A stretch of 53,217 nt of DNA from a virus (lineage: Duplodnaviria > Caudoviricetes), in the IMG/VR virus record IMGVR_UViG_3300009548_000009, positions 1 to 53,217 of that record. One strand, written 5' to 3'. Position 1 is the first letter of the stretch. Each line of letters begins with the position of its first letter. Made by a program: the position numbers and the translations under genes. The notes beneath the pieces were generated by a model. It ran no database searches, was not told the DNA's origin, and was given only the letters and a program-made list of their open reading frames with translations. Below are positions 42,671 to 52,094 of this stretch, piece after piece.

Positions 42671-43861
42671 CTACTCAAACGAAGACGAAACGCAGCCGTC
42701 CAGGAAGTAGCCAAGGTCTTGAGCAATAAGTTCCATGCCCATTGCCATCTCAGCTTCCATCCTCATGGCGCGTCTCCACTCCAGCCTAAAGTTCCTGACA
42801 GCGAACCAACCAGCTCCACCAGAGCCAACGATGTCCTGATACGGGCTGCCTGAGCTGAGGTAACCGTTCCATCCGAACATATACCCCGCAGAGGGAGTCA
42901 GTATTGAAGGGTTCGGGTTCGAGTAACAAAGGAGCGCGTCTTTACCGTAAGCGAATCCCATTGTTGGCGATGCCGATGCACCTTCCGCAGCAGTGTTGAC
43001 GACACACATCGGGATAATGACCCTGTCAACTGAAAATACTTGAGCAAGGGCCTGCTCCGAGATGACTGCCGGACTGCCTGGAGTTCCACCGTACTTAATC
43101 CTTTCCAGGATCTCAGGGTGAACAATCAGCGCCTCGTAGACTTCTGGTCCGATAACCAGGGTGTTCGGCACAAAGCCGGTTGCCATCGCCATCTCAAGTC
43201 TGTACTTTCGCACATCTTCAATAGGCGTTGAGTTTACCTGGTCGTCCCAGTAGACGAAGTCTTTCGTGGTCGCTACATACTCGGTGTTCGTTCCGCCGTC
43301 TACTTCGTTTGTCCACACAGAGTCGGTAAAGTAGTTCGTGACAAACTGCATCTCTCGTGCGAGGAGGAGCTTCTGTGTCAAGAACAGCGAAATATCCCGC
43401 TGCATGTTGAGCGGAGCGTCTGCGTTAGCTGCAACCATGTCACCGAGGTCAACGTGAAGGCCCCACACATCACAGATGTATGTGTTCGTCATGTCGAGCC
43501 CGTAGCCGGTTCCTGCCGTTTCCGCGCCGTCTAGTCTAACCTTAGCCTCATTCGTGAACCAGTAGTCTTTAGTGTACGAGACATAGTAATCCGACTTTTT
43601 CATTACAGGAATAAGCGGAAATATCTCGGCTGCCCTAAAGTTTTGCTGGCTCTGGATGTAGGCGATGCTGAACATCGTGTTTGGAACGTTAACGTGTACA
43701 TCGAACACAGTGGGCTGAGACTTCTTGAGTTGAACCTCATTTGGCATTGTCCATGCCTCATAAGGACTCTCAATATAGCCCGCCTTCGTGAGTCGCTGTG
43801 CGGCTCCATAGAGACCTAGGTTAGGTGTTGGCGAGGCAAAGTTTCTGAAATTTGTTGCCAT
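42671..43861 (-). CDS. Major capsid protein (HK97 fold, lambda gpE-like)
   Basis: SIAY.Q...F.A.EIFP..PV.K.SD.Y, W.D..NSTPIEDV, PNTLVIG..VYEAL..HP and PSAGY.F motifs; position. Confidence 0.92.
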   Translation of the reverse strand: MATNFRNFASPTPNLGLYGAAQRLTKAGYIESPYEAWTMPNEVQLKKSQPTVFDVHVNVPNTMFSIAYIQSQQNFRAAEIFPLIPVMKKSDYYVSYTKDYWFTNEAKVRLDGAETAGTGYGLDMTNTYICDVWGLHVDLGDMVAANADAPLNMQRDISLFLTQKLLLAREMQFVTNYFTDSVWTNEVDGGTNTEYVATTKDFVYWDDQVNSTPIEDVRKYRLEMAMATGFVPNTLVIGPEVYEALIVHPEILERIKYGGTPGSPAVISEQALAQVFSVDRVIIPMCVVNTAAEGASASPTMGFAYGKDALLCYSNPNPSILTPSAGYMFGWNGYLSSGSPYQDIVGSGGAGWFAVRNFRLEWRRAMRMEAEMAMGMELIAQDLGYFLDGCVSSSFE

Positions 43862-43873
43862 TTTCTTTTTTCC

Positions 43874-44695
43874 TCAGTTGTACTCGACGTACAGTGTTAT
43901 TGAGCCTGTATCCGAGCCGCCAAACGGCGTCGTGCCCTGCGTCACGTAAACGCTTATCTTGTTGGTCGGTGTAAACGAGCCTGCGGTTATAGTGCCTGCA
44001 TCGGACGTCATTACAGTACCGAAAGATTCAACGTGGGCTTTCGTTAGTTGCGTTACTGGTATTGAAAGCGTACCTATTGAAGTCGTGCCTGCTGAGCCTA
44101 GTAGGATTGTAAGCGCTGCAGATGCGCTCGTGGATGCCGAACAAACTGACGTTGCGACTGCGTATATATCAGAAACCGAGCCGGTAAATCCGAGTGGCAT
44201 TGCCTGATAAACGTAGCCGGTTGTAGCTAGTTTCGCGATAGGTATCTGGTACGGGAGCTGTCCTGCTCGTACCGTTGCGGACGCATTCGTGCGCGCCATC
44301 ATAGCGACTTCGTGAATCTCGCCGGTTCCACCAGAAACGTCTACCATAAACGCAACGATAACGTCAGAGCCTACAGTACCAGTACCGAGTCGCCCTGCCG
44401 TGTCGCCAAGCTTGAGGCCGTCGCCATGTGCGGGCGTGCTGAGCATAACTGCTTTGCTGTGTCCGAGTTCTCGCACAACGGCTATATCGCCAACTGGTGG
44501 ATCGTTTTGTAGTATTCCCCACACTCGGTTAGCTGGAACCGTCGCTGTGCTAGAAGGACCAACGCTGTTTCGCTGAGACGTTGACGCAAGATACATCAGA
44601 CCGTCGTTGCCCATTGCAACAGCACGGAATTGATATCCTGTTAAACTTTCGCCCGCGACATATGACATGTCGAGGACGGGTACATCTCCTGCCAT
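43874..44695 (-). CDS. Capsid cement/decoration protein with C-terminal extra domain
   Basis: AG..L...QFRAV...GILQN.P..G..A.V...G.SK (DUF2190-like); upstream of the MCP. Confidence 0.75.
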   Translation of the reverse strand: MAGDVPVLDMSYVAGESLTGYQFRAVAMGNDGLMYLASTSQRNSVGPSSTATVPANRVWGILQNDPPVGDIAVVRELGHSKAVMLSTPAHGDGLKLGDTAGRLGTGTVGSDVIVAFMVDVSGGTGEIHEVAMMARTNASATVRAGQLPYQIPIAKLATTGYVYQAMPLGFTGSVSDIYAVATSVCSASTSASAALTILLGSAGTTSIGTLSIPVTQLTKAHVESFGTVMTSDAGTITAGSFTPTNKISVYVTQGTTPFGGSDTGSITLYVEYN

Positions 44696-44696
44696 G

Positions 44697-45704
44697 TTAC
44701 TGCCTCCCCGCTGTTAGGTTGCGCTGAAGGACTTGGTTGTATCCTTCTGGGTCTGCGTGTACGATGTCAGTATACGCCTGTTCATACGTGACGCCGCTCT
44801 TTTGTACTCTCTCCTGTGCCAGTGCGTCCCACCTTGTAAGCGGATCTGAGGCATCGGCTTCGAGCGCGCTACCGTACTCGGCAAAAAGATCACCTTTCCG
44901 TAGCATCTCCTCGTGAGCGTCGAGCAGGTGAATGAAGCTCTGGAATCCCTTTTCACTGAGGTTGTCAGCGGCTTCCTTCATAAGAGCAACAAAGTCTGCG
45001 CCCTTGGCGATGCGCGTATATTGCGCCGCCTTCTGGACAAAGACTCGCTCCCTGTCTGCCTCTTCCATCTTCCTGATACGCTCTTCAAGGGCAAACTTCT
45101 CGCGCCATAGCGGTCGGACTGCCTTTTGAACGTCCTCGGGGAGAAGGTCGAGATCTTCCTCTTTCTCAATTTTCTCGAGGGCTTTTTCTATACTTTTCTT
45201 CATTTTTCTAGCCTTGGACTTCTTAGCGCCGTCACCGTCTTCTTCCTCATCGTCATCTCCATCCTCGCCGTCATCTCCATCATCTCCGTCTCCGTCAGAA
45301 GGTTTTCCCTTCCCTTTCTTGAAACCGGAGAGCGCAGCGACTCTTTCAAAAACGTCGTCTGGAAGAACTTCAGCGACACTCTTTGTGAGCTTCATGATGC
45401 CCGTTAGGGCCTCAGTCGCTTCAGGTGGCAGCCCTTTGAATTCCTTTTCAATAACTTCACCGTCGGGCGTATCCTGTTTGAGTACGTCGATGGCGAAGGC
45501 TGCTTCTTGTTCTTGATCCATAAAATTAGATCCTGATGTGCGCTTACCAGCTGACTTAACCAAGTGAAGCTTTTTCTGGTTTGCACCCCGCGTAACGAGA
45601 TGCACGCTCTCTACTTTAGTATCGGTCAGCTCAGTGTCTTTTTCTAGATGTATCTGTAGATTAGCAAGGCTAGGTGCGTCATTTGTATCGACTTTATCGT
45701 TCAC
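44697..45704 (-). CDS. Scaffolding protein with N-terminal protease-completing strand
   Basis: LTDTKVESVHLVTRGAN...LVKS, acidic linker, coiled coils and terminal GVTYEQAY...P..Y. Confidence 0.75.
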   Translation of the reverse strand: MNDKVDTNDAPSLANLQIHLEKDTELTDTKVESVHLVTRGANQKKLHLVKSAGKRTSGSNFMDQEQEAAFAIDVLKQDTPDGEVIEKEFKGLPPEATEALTGIMKLTKSVAEVLPDDVFERVAALSGFKKGKGKPSDGDGDDGDDGEDGDDDEEEDGDGAKKSKARKMKKSIEKALEKIEKEEDLDLLPEDVQKAVRPLWREKFALEERIRKMEEADRERVFVQKAAQYTRIAKGADFVALMKEAADNLSEKGFQSFIHLLDAHEEMLRKGDLFAEYGSALEADASDPLTRWDALAQERVQKSGVTYEQAYTDIVHADPEGYNQVLQRNLTAGRQ

Positions 45705-45721
45705 TCGCGCCTTGGTTCTCT

Positions 45722-46225
45722 TCAGTTATTACGCTTAACGCGCACACCTGTTCCGTCGATGCTATATGCGCCGAACTCACCGCTCTGCGCACGCTTCCAA
45801 AGAGCATCGTTTATTGCGGTAAACAGCACCCAGGAGCCTTTTATTATATGTTCGCCATCGACGACCATATCAACGGGCGCGATGAAGCTCTCCACAGGCG
45901 TCGCCTCGGACTGACTCACCAGTTTTTCGTGGTGGGTTCCAATCCTGCTGCTGTTGGCGAGGTATTCGTGCGCAACCTTCCGCAATTCATCGGGACGTAT
46001 AAAGTCCCCTTGCGTGTCGGTCTTGCAGACATCGCCAGAGTTGCAGGGTTCGTAAACAACACCCCACACGAGATGGTCTGTCCCTTTCAACAGGCGGGCC
46101 GTGTAGTGCCAGGCCGCTGCTTGTTTTTCTATCGTTTCAAAATTCTTTTTTGAGTATTTAAGTATTGCTTGTACCTTTACAGGTGCTTGTACCTTTACAG
46201 GACGCCTTGCTAGTTTTTTCGGTAT
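45722..46225 (-). CDS. Prohead maturation protease domain, XkdF-like (frame open from 46225, no ATG upstream of the domain)
   Basis: VWGVVYEP, DTQGDF, H, VESFIAP, KGSWV and SGEFGAYSIDG. Confidence 0.88.
   Translation of the reverse strand: MPKKLARRPVKVQAPVKVQAILKYSKKNFETIEKQAAAWHYTARLLKGTDHLVWGVVYEPCNSGDVCKTDTQGDFIRPDELRKVAHEYLANSSRIGTHHEKLVSQSEATPVESFIAPVDMVVDGEHIIKGSWVLFTAINDALWKRAQSGEFGAYSIDGTGVRVKRNN
46166..46201. repeat. Perfect 18-bp tandem duplication (PVKVQA x2 in the protease frame)
   Basis: TGCTTGTACCTTTACAGG twice. Confidence 0.95.
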
Positions 46226-47508
46226 CTAGCTTCAAGAGCCTTTGACACCTGTAACCTTTTCCTTTGAAGCTCATCCTTTGTCCTCGGCGTGTATAATGAA
46301 TTAGGATGAGGCATCGTAAATTCAACGTCCCTTTCCAGTGCTTTCTTGACCGTGTGGCCCAGCGCGATTATCGGGATTTTGCGCTTAGACTTTGATCCGG
46401 CTTCTACTTTTGCCAGCTCATCCCTAAACCAGGGTTGCCACGATTCAATCTCATCAACTGTAGGTTCTCTGACTTTTCCGCTCTCGTCTTTGAGCAGTTG
46501 CGGCACGAGGTAAGTTATAACCACATTATCTCGCGTCAGTCCTAAAGGCGTTAGGTATTCGTCGTTGAATATCTTGCCAGTAGATCCTACTAACGCCGAT
46601 TTCCTGATTGACTCTACTTCTCCAGGTGAAGCTGCTACGAAGGTAAGAATGGGCCGCTTTCCGATGAAGGTTGGCACGTCAGATTTCTTAACGCTCTTCT
46701 TAGCCTTCTCCTTCAATTTCATGCAGTTGGTTTTCACCTTTTCACAATCCGCATCTGCCTCTTCAGCGGTTTCCTTCGCTATATTATCCGGTGCATCCTC
46801 GCCGATGTCCTTATAATACGACCGAAGCGTTGCTTTCATTGAATCCAACTCTGACGCTGGGATTCCACTAGATTGGTTGATCCTGCCGGCTGCAGCTGCG
46901 AGTCCTACCCTGCTTATCTGGAACTTGCCGTTGATTATGTCAGCTACTGGAAACTTGTAGCCGCCTGCGTTGTCTGCGTTGTCTGGGTCGTGATATAGGA
47001 ATCCTTTACCGTACTTCTGCCAGTCTACGTTTTCCTTATCTGGACCGCCTGCCCATGCTAAAAGCCTCTTTTGTGCAGCTCCAGCATCCCATGAGCCCGT
47101 AGAGGCTACAGGTGCGTCCTGCTTCCCATGTGCTGTCTTTTCCATTTTCTTGTTATCTCTACATTTTTGCGTGTCTTGTTCCTCGCACGCTCCGTCAGCT
47201 TTACCATCATCGTCGTCGTCTTCATCTACTCCAGATGGGAGTGGCTGTTTGTTAACCTCTGCGCTCACTTCTGCTTGTGTATCCTGTGCCTGGTGCGCTT
47301 CTGTGGCTGCCTGCGTGTCGGCAGATTGTGACTGCGCCTGCGCCGCTCGTGCCTTAGCGCTTGCCTTTCCACCAGCACGCGGCAGGGCCTTTCTGTGTAG
47401 ATCATTCATTACGTGCGGAGGAACATACTGCCGCACTGCGTCAAGTAGTTCACTTATGTATTCCGGTGAATACTCCTTTTGTTTCGCTTCCTTTTCTAAA
47501 TCATCCAT
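46210..47508 (-). CDS. Multidomain head-module protein: low-complexity N-terminus, phage head-associated domain, UDG-family-4-like domain
   Basis: WDAGAA.KR...GYKFPVADII.G domain; then FVAASPG..E.....LVGSTGK...GLTRDNVVIT...REPT.DEI...IIALG...PHP. Confidence 0.75.
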   Translation of the reverse strand: MDDLEKEAKQKEYSPEYISELLDAVRQYVPPHVMNDLHRKALPRAGGKASAKARAAQAQSQSADTQAATEAHQAQDTQAEVSAEVNKQPLPSGVDEDDDDDGKADGACEEQDTQKCRDNKKMEKTAHGKQDAPVASTGSWDAGAAQKRLLAWAGGPDKENVDWQKYGKGFLYHDPDNADNAGGYKFPVADIINGKFQISRVGLAAAAGRINQSSGIPASELDSMKATLRSYYKDIGEDAPDNIAKETAEEADADCEKVKTNCMKLKEKAKKSVKKSDVPTFIGKRPILTFVAASPGEVESIRKSALVGSTGKIFNDEYLTPLGLTRDNVVITYLVPQLLKDESGKVREPTVDEIESWQPWFRDELAKVEAGSKSKRKIPIIALGHTVKKALERDVEFTMPHPNSLYTPRTKDELQRKRLQVSKALEARYRKN

Positions 47509-47554
47509 CGTAGCATTATTCCTCTTGTTTAATCTAAATTTTAGGTTTTAAGTA

Positions 47555-48526
47555 TCAAACATAAAATGGCCTGAACGTTACCGTAAATTCTGTTATTCCT
47601 TCCTCATCAACCCCCATAGTTATAAAATGATAACCAGTATGATTGGCCAACCGCTTGCTTCGCATCCATCTGGATTGTGTCGATAGCGCCCCGCCGCTTA
47701 CAGCATGGATATGGCGTTCAAAGAAATACCCCTGTTTGTGGCTATGTCCCATAAGCAAGACATGCGGTTTTTCTCCTCCGGTGAAGGATTCGATGAGTTT
47801 CTGAACCCGATATGATGTAGCATAACTTGATCCGTCCTCCCCGTGAAAAACACGTATCAATACCCCACTAATTTCTATATCGCCTTCATCACGCCCGATA
47901 TACTCCATATTTGGGACAGACTCACATACATCTTCTACGATGTTCGCGCCCATTGCTTCATACCACCTGTCATGATTGCCAGAGATCAGATACGTATGAA
48001 ACGGTATTTTTGATAGTTGTTCTTCAGCGTACGCTTTCTGTGCTGCGTACCCAATATCTCTTAATTCATAAATTAAATTATATTTTCTTGGGTCCATCCC
48101 ATGTGTAAGGTCCCCGCCAAATATGCAAAACTGAGCCTTTCGTTTTTTGCATGTTTGTATAAAATCATCCAAGAACTCCTCGTGATAATAGATGCTTGAC
48201 ATATGGGCGTCAGTAAAGTACCCAAAGCGTATTTCCTCTCCTGAATGGCCTATCTTTACTTTTGGGGGCGTTACAGAGAATGAGCCAAGACCTTTACCCT
48301 TGCTTATTGCCGCTAGTTCTTCAGCGGTGTATTTGCCGTGGATTCCTTCTAGGTAACGGACCCCCCGTTTTCTTTGCCTAAAGCTCCGCGTCCATTCGTT
48401 TTTGTACTCACGCTCTTTTTCTCGGTTCTCTACACGATACAATCTACATGCTTCTCGGCACGCATCGCACGTTTTAAACCCACCTGACTCGATCGGTTTA
48501 TTGCAGCGGGAGCAATGTTCTGTCAT
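47555..48526 (-). CDS. Calcineurin-like metallophosphoesterase with N-terminal Zn finger
   Basis: DAH, GGD, GNHD, FHG and GHSH motifs; CSRC...CDAC. Confidence 0.9.
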   Translation of the reverse strand: MTEHCSRCNKPIESGGFKTCDACREACRLYRVENREKEREYKNEWTRSFRQRKRGVRYLEGIHGKYTAEELAAISKGKGLGSFSVTPPKVKIGHSGEEIRFGYFTDAHMSSIYYHEEFLDDFIQTCKKRKAQFCIFGGDLTHGMDPRKYNLIYELRDIGYAAQKAYAEEQLSKIPFHTYLISGNHDRWYEAMGANIVEDVCESVPNMEYIGRDEGDIEISGVLIRVFHGEDGSSYATSYRVQKLIESFTGGEKPHVLLMGHSHKQGYFFERHIHAVSGGALSTQSRWMRSKRLANHTGYHFITMGVDEEGITEFTVTFRPFYV

Positions 48527-48548
48527 GTTTACGTATAGAATTTAGAGT

Positions 48549-48719
48549 TCAGAAGAATTCTTTTAACCAATCATTCAGAGTTTCTTCATCGTCTAGGTGT
48601 ATCCACTCCAGCGTTAGTGCAAAGATAAGGTCATCGTAACCCTTTTCTTCCAACCAGGGATGTCTTTGTTTTGCAGCGTCTAATGCCTGGACTGTCTCTT
48701 TTGATAGTTTGACGTTCAT
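48549..48719 (-). CDS. 56-aa RHH-like protein (not in ORF track)
   Basis: MNVKLSKETVQALD...GYDDLI; palindrome TTAACCTAGCTTAA at 48727-48740 just upstream. Confidence 0.55.
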   Translation of the reverse strand: MNVKLSKETVQALDAAKQRHPWLEEKGYDDLIFALTLEWIHLDDEETLNDWLKEFF

Positions 48720-48775
48720 GTTTATCTTAACCTAGCTTAATTGTAATAAATCATCATCGTCCTTTTTTAACCGGC

Positions 48776-50269
48776 TTATTCCATCCGACACCCTACATAC
48801 CCATCTGGTTTTTCTCCCCACCAACGACGCCACTGTTCGCCATGCTCCCTTAATTGATTAAATATCTCATCTTCTGTGAGGGCGTTATACTTACGTCGGA
48901 CTTCTTCCACTCCTGGTAGTTTTGATGCTTTCATTATAAAATCTAACGCGAAGTCTCGTTCTTCCGTCGTTGGATCTTTAAAGCAAATGATAAAGTTGCC
49001 AGTATTCATTAACTTTATCTGACCATCCCCATCAGAAGGAAGTTTCTTTTGTTCAGATATTACAGTAATTGACATTATCTTCCCTTCTTAATCGGCCTCT
49101 GCGGTTTCTTTGATGCAGCCACTCTGAAGAAATCAGCCTCGCTCATTGGCTGGCCGCCTACAGTAAACCCCTCGCCCTCTGCTATCGCTCCAAGCTTCGG
49201 AAGTATCGGGAGTGGTTTATCGTGGAGCATGCTCGCTGGGTTTGATGAAGTCATTGCCTGCCTGCGCTGGTTTAAGCGGCTTAGGTTCTTAATCAACTCA
49301 TCATCAGGCTCTTGCCTTTCTGGTCTGGGAATGTCAACCAACATCGCTTTTCGTATATCGTTGTTACGTTCCATCTCCTCGTCGTGGAGCGTTAACAGAT
49401 AATCAAGCGCCGTATCGTCGTTTATTGGCATCTTTGAGTAGACTGCTTTCTCGGCAGCCGTTACGCCTGGCCGGTTAAGCAAAGAAGAACGCATGCCTTC
49501 TAGCATCGTGTGCCAGTGGACGAGTAAATCTCCAGTTATTTTTAATGTGATCGGTTTGAACGTGCGACGTTTTGCCGCCTTCTCCATCTTCTTAGTAGCT
49601 TCCTCAATAATCTTTAGGTCTGCCTCCTCTTTGAGTGCAGCAAAAGCATCTATTGGCGGTGGTGGTTCTTTCACCATACGCTGAAGAAAGTCGCCTACTA
49701 AAGACTTCTCACTCACTTCTGGTTCTGGTTCAATCCCTTGCACTACGTCAATGACTATCTCTTCTTTAGGTTCAGGTTTAACTTCGGGTTTAACTTCAGG
49801 CTTAGGTTTCGTTGCTTTCTTTTTTGGCATTAGTTCCTCCTAGGTTAAAAGTGGAATACAAAGTGCGCTATGAGTATCCAGAGTATCGGATACACGAAGA
49901 TCATGAACAGCGCAAATAGCGTATTTCTGGTTTGGTTCTCTGGTTGTTCTGGTAACCCTTTTTTTCTCTCTCCAAGTAGCATTTCAAATCCTTCCTTCTC
50001 TGAATCAGTGAGCGGTCGCGTTGCGTCTCCGTCCTTTATGACTGATATATCTATCAGGTCTTTTGTGTTTACTAGGACCCTATGAAGTGACTCAAGGTTG
50101 ATAGTTTCTCCAAATTCGTTTTTCATCTTAACTTCAGCTCCCGAAACGGGCAGTTATTTACATGCATCTTTAAATCCCGTTTCAGCTCCTTTACTTCGTT
50201 TTCAAGTTTTAAGAGCACCTGTTGCATCTCCATTTCGGTAAGAAGGTTAGCTGCTTTATTAGTGGGCAT
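48776..50269 (-). CDS. Four hypothetical ORFs (48776-49075; 49075-49830; 49845-50126 with C-terminal TM; 50123-50269)
   Basis: Coupled minus-strand ORFs downstream of the portal. Confidence 0.65.
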
Positions 50270-52055
50270 TTTTCTTTTTCTTCTTTTTCTTAGGTTGTGT
50301 TTGTTCTAAGCCCTGGACATATGCAATACTAAAATCCTCATTGGGCCGGTTTACGTGGACATCTAAAACCGTCGGCTGGCTCTTTTTAGCTGGCAGCGGT
50401 TTGCCCCATGTATCTGTTTGTCCACGATACGGCGTCTCCTCGTTTATCGGCTGAGATCGTTCTCGAGCTGCAGCTGCAGTCTGCCCAGGCAGCAACGAAT
50501 CTACCGGCGTGGCCAATGGGCTTTCCGGTTCCGGTTCCTTTGGCAAGTGTATCAGATCCCATAGGGCGTTTCTAAACGTCACGTCATCTGGGATTGGCAC
50601 TCCGCCCCGGGCGACGTTGCTTAGGAATGTACCCACGTCATTGATCTCTGCGCTTGCTACGTCGCCATGCACAAGTTTAGGCAATGATTCGGGGTTTATA
50701 TCAGGATTGAGTTGCGCGAGTCGTGGAACAGCGTATGAGTTGAATACCTGGCAAATTGAATCCAATATCGCGCTTATTGAAATTGAAAAGAGATTATTTC
50801 TTGTTTCAGCAAGGGCGTATGATCCTGTCGTATCCTGGCCAAGCATAAGAAAATCAGCAAGGACAGTCATTGCTATCCATTTGCTAAACATCTGGATTAT
50901 GCCAACAATGTCAAACTGTCTTTGTGACTGCGGACCTGCTAGTTCTAAACTATACATTGGGCCGCCGCCTACATCAGAAGGATAATTGTTTGATGGTAGA
51001 AGTATGCCTTCGTCTTGGTTTCGCTTGAGATTGCGAACTATCCGTTTTAACATCTCTGCCATTGCTGATGAACGTGCATCGACTCCGGTTAGTACCTCAC
51101 CAGGAGCACGCAAGACAGGAACGCCTGCCATATCACGTTCTAGTCCTGTCATCATAATCTCTTCAGCCAGCTTTTTGAACATATATGTTCTATATGCCCC
51201 ACGCAAAAGACTCACACCTTCTGGGTTGCCCTTTCGAGGTTTAACTCGGAACAATAACAGTTTCTCTATCGGTATTTCAGTAATCCTAAAGTGAGGTGGA
51301 GCAAGTTGTCTGAATCCTCGTATGCCGCCGTTAACGTCAAAGTCCCAGTTTAATAGTGTTTCCTGGGCCCTAGTAGCAAACTTCCTCCAGCCTATTCTCC
51401 CATCATCAAAGTTGCTATTTAATGTCGGATCTTCTGGATGTGGCCCCTCTCGTTTCTTATAGACTATTTCTGAGATATGATAACCGAAGATAAACATGCT
51501 AAGAACCTCAGAAAGCAGATCATTTGGATTAACACTCATATCCTCCCAGCATTGTTGGTAAAATTCCAATGCTTTTAAGTCCTCAGGAGTAGAACCGTCA
51601 GTTTCCCACCAGAGGTTTACTGATCTGCATGACATCTCGACCGCATAAAAGATTGATGATATGACGGCATCCATCATGTACATCTCTTTGTACATACGGA
51701 CGCCGCGAGTGTATTGAAGTTCAGTCAGCCACTCCTCATACACGTAGGGAGGAATGTACATTAAGCCGGTCGTGCCGTACTCTGCGAAGTAGTTGAGGTT
51801 AACCGGAGCACCAGGTGACGAGGGGCCTATTCCCATGAGGTCGCCTGAGCCGAGCGTGGGCAAGCCCTGGGCAGTGAACGGCATCTCTTGTAAATCAATA
51901 AGTTTCTTTATGGTTGCCTGTTCAGACTTGGACAGCTTTTCAAACGCTGCGCTTTCTGATTCAGTAAATGATGTTATTCCGTTCGGGGGACTTTCGGGAA
52001 ATGAGGTTATCCCGTTCGGTTCCGTATTATTTTTCTTTATATTTTTTCGAGCCAT
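50259..52055 (-). CDS. Portal protein (Mu gp29/DUF935-like)
   Basis: Y.EM...D..I, GYHISEIVYK, GNPEGVSLLR.AY, ERD.AGVPV, GSYALA and VPRL..LN; follows the terminase nuclease. Confidence 0.92.
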   Translation of the reverse strand: MARKNIKKNNTEPNGITSFPESPPNGITSFTESESAAFEKLSKSEQATIKKLIDLQEMPFTAQGLPTLGSGDLMGIGPSSPGAPVNLNYFAEYGTTGLMYIPPYVYEEWLTELQYTRGVRMYKEMYMMDAVISSIFYAVEMSCRSVNLWWETDGSTPEDLKALEFYQQCWEDMSVNPNDLLSEVLSMFIFGYHISEIVYKKREGPHPEDPTLNSNFDDGRIGWRKFATRAQETLLNWDFDVNGGIRGFRQLAPPHFRITEIPIEKLLLFRVKPRKGNPEGVSLLRGAYRTYMFKKLAEEIMMTGLERDMAGVPVLRAPGEVLTGVDARSSAMAEMLKRIVRNLKRNQDEGILLPSNNYPSDVGGGPMYSLELAGPQSQRQFDIVGIIQMFSKWIAMTVLADFLMLGQDTTGSYALAETRNNLFSISISAILDSICQVFNSYAVPRLAQLNPDINPESLPKLVHGDVASAEINDVGTFLSNVARGGVPIPDDVTFRNALWDLIHLPKEPEPESPLATPVDSLLPGQTAAAARERSQPINEETPYRGQTDTWGKPLPAKKSQPTVLDVHVNRPNEDFSIAYVQGLEQTQPKKKKKKKNAH

Positions 52056-52094
52056 CTTTGCGTTGTTACCTTTAACCTTTACGTTTAATTTTGA

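Noticed and set aside
45700-45740. Third frameshift joining the protease to the scaffold
   Set aside because: The -1 frame has TAA stops immediately before the protease stop, and there is no canonical slippery heptamer.
51960-52025. PNGITSF(P/T)ES duplication at the portal N-terminus
   Set aside because: A simple 33-bp tandem duplication in a probably disordered tail, with no sign of function.
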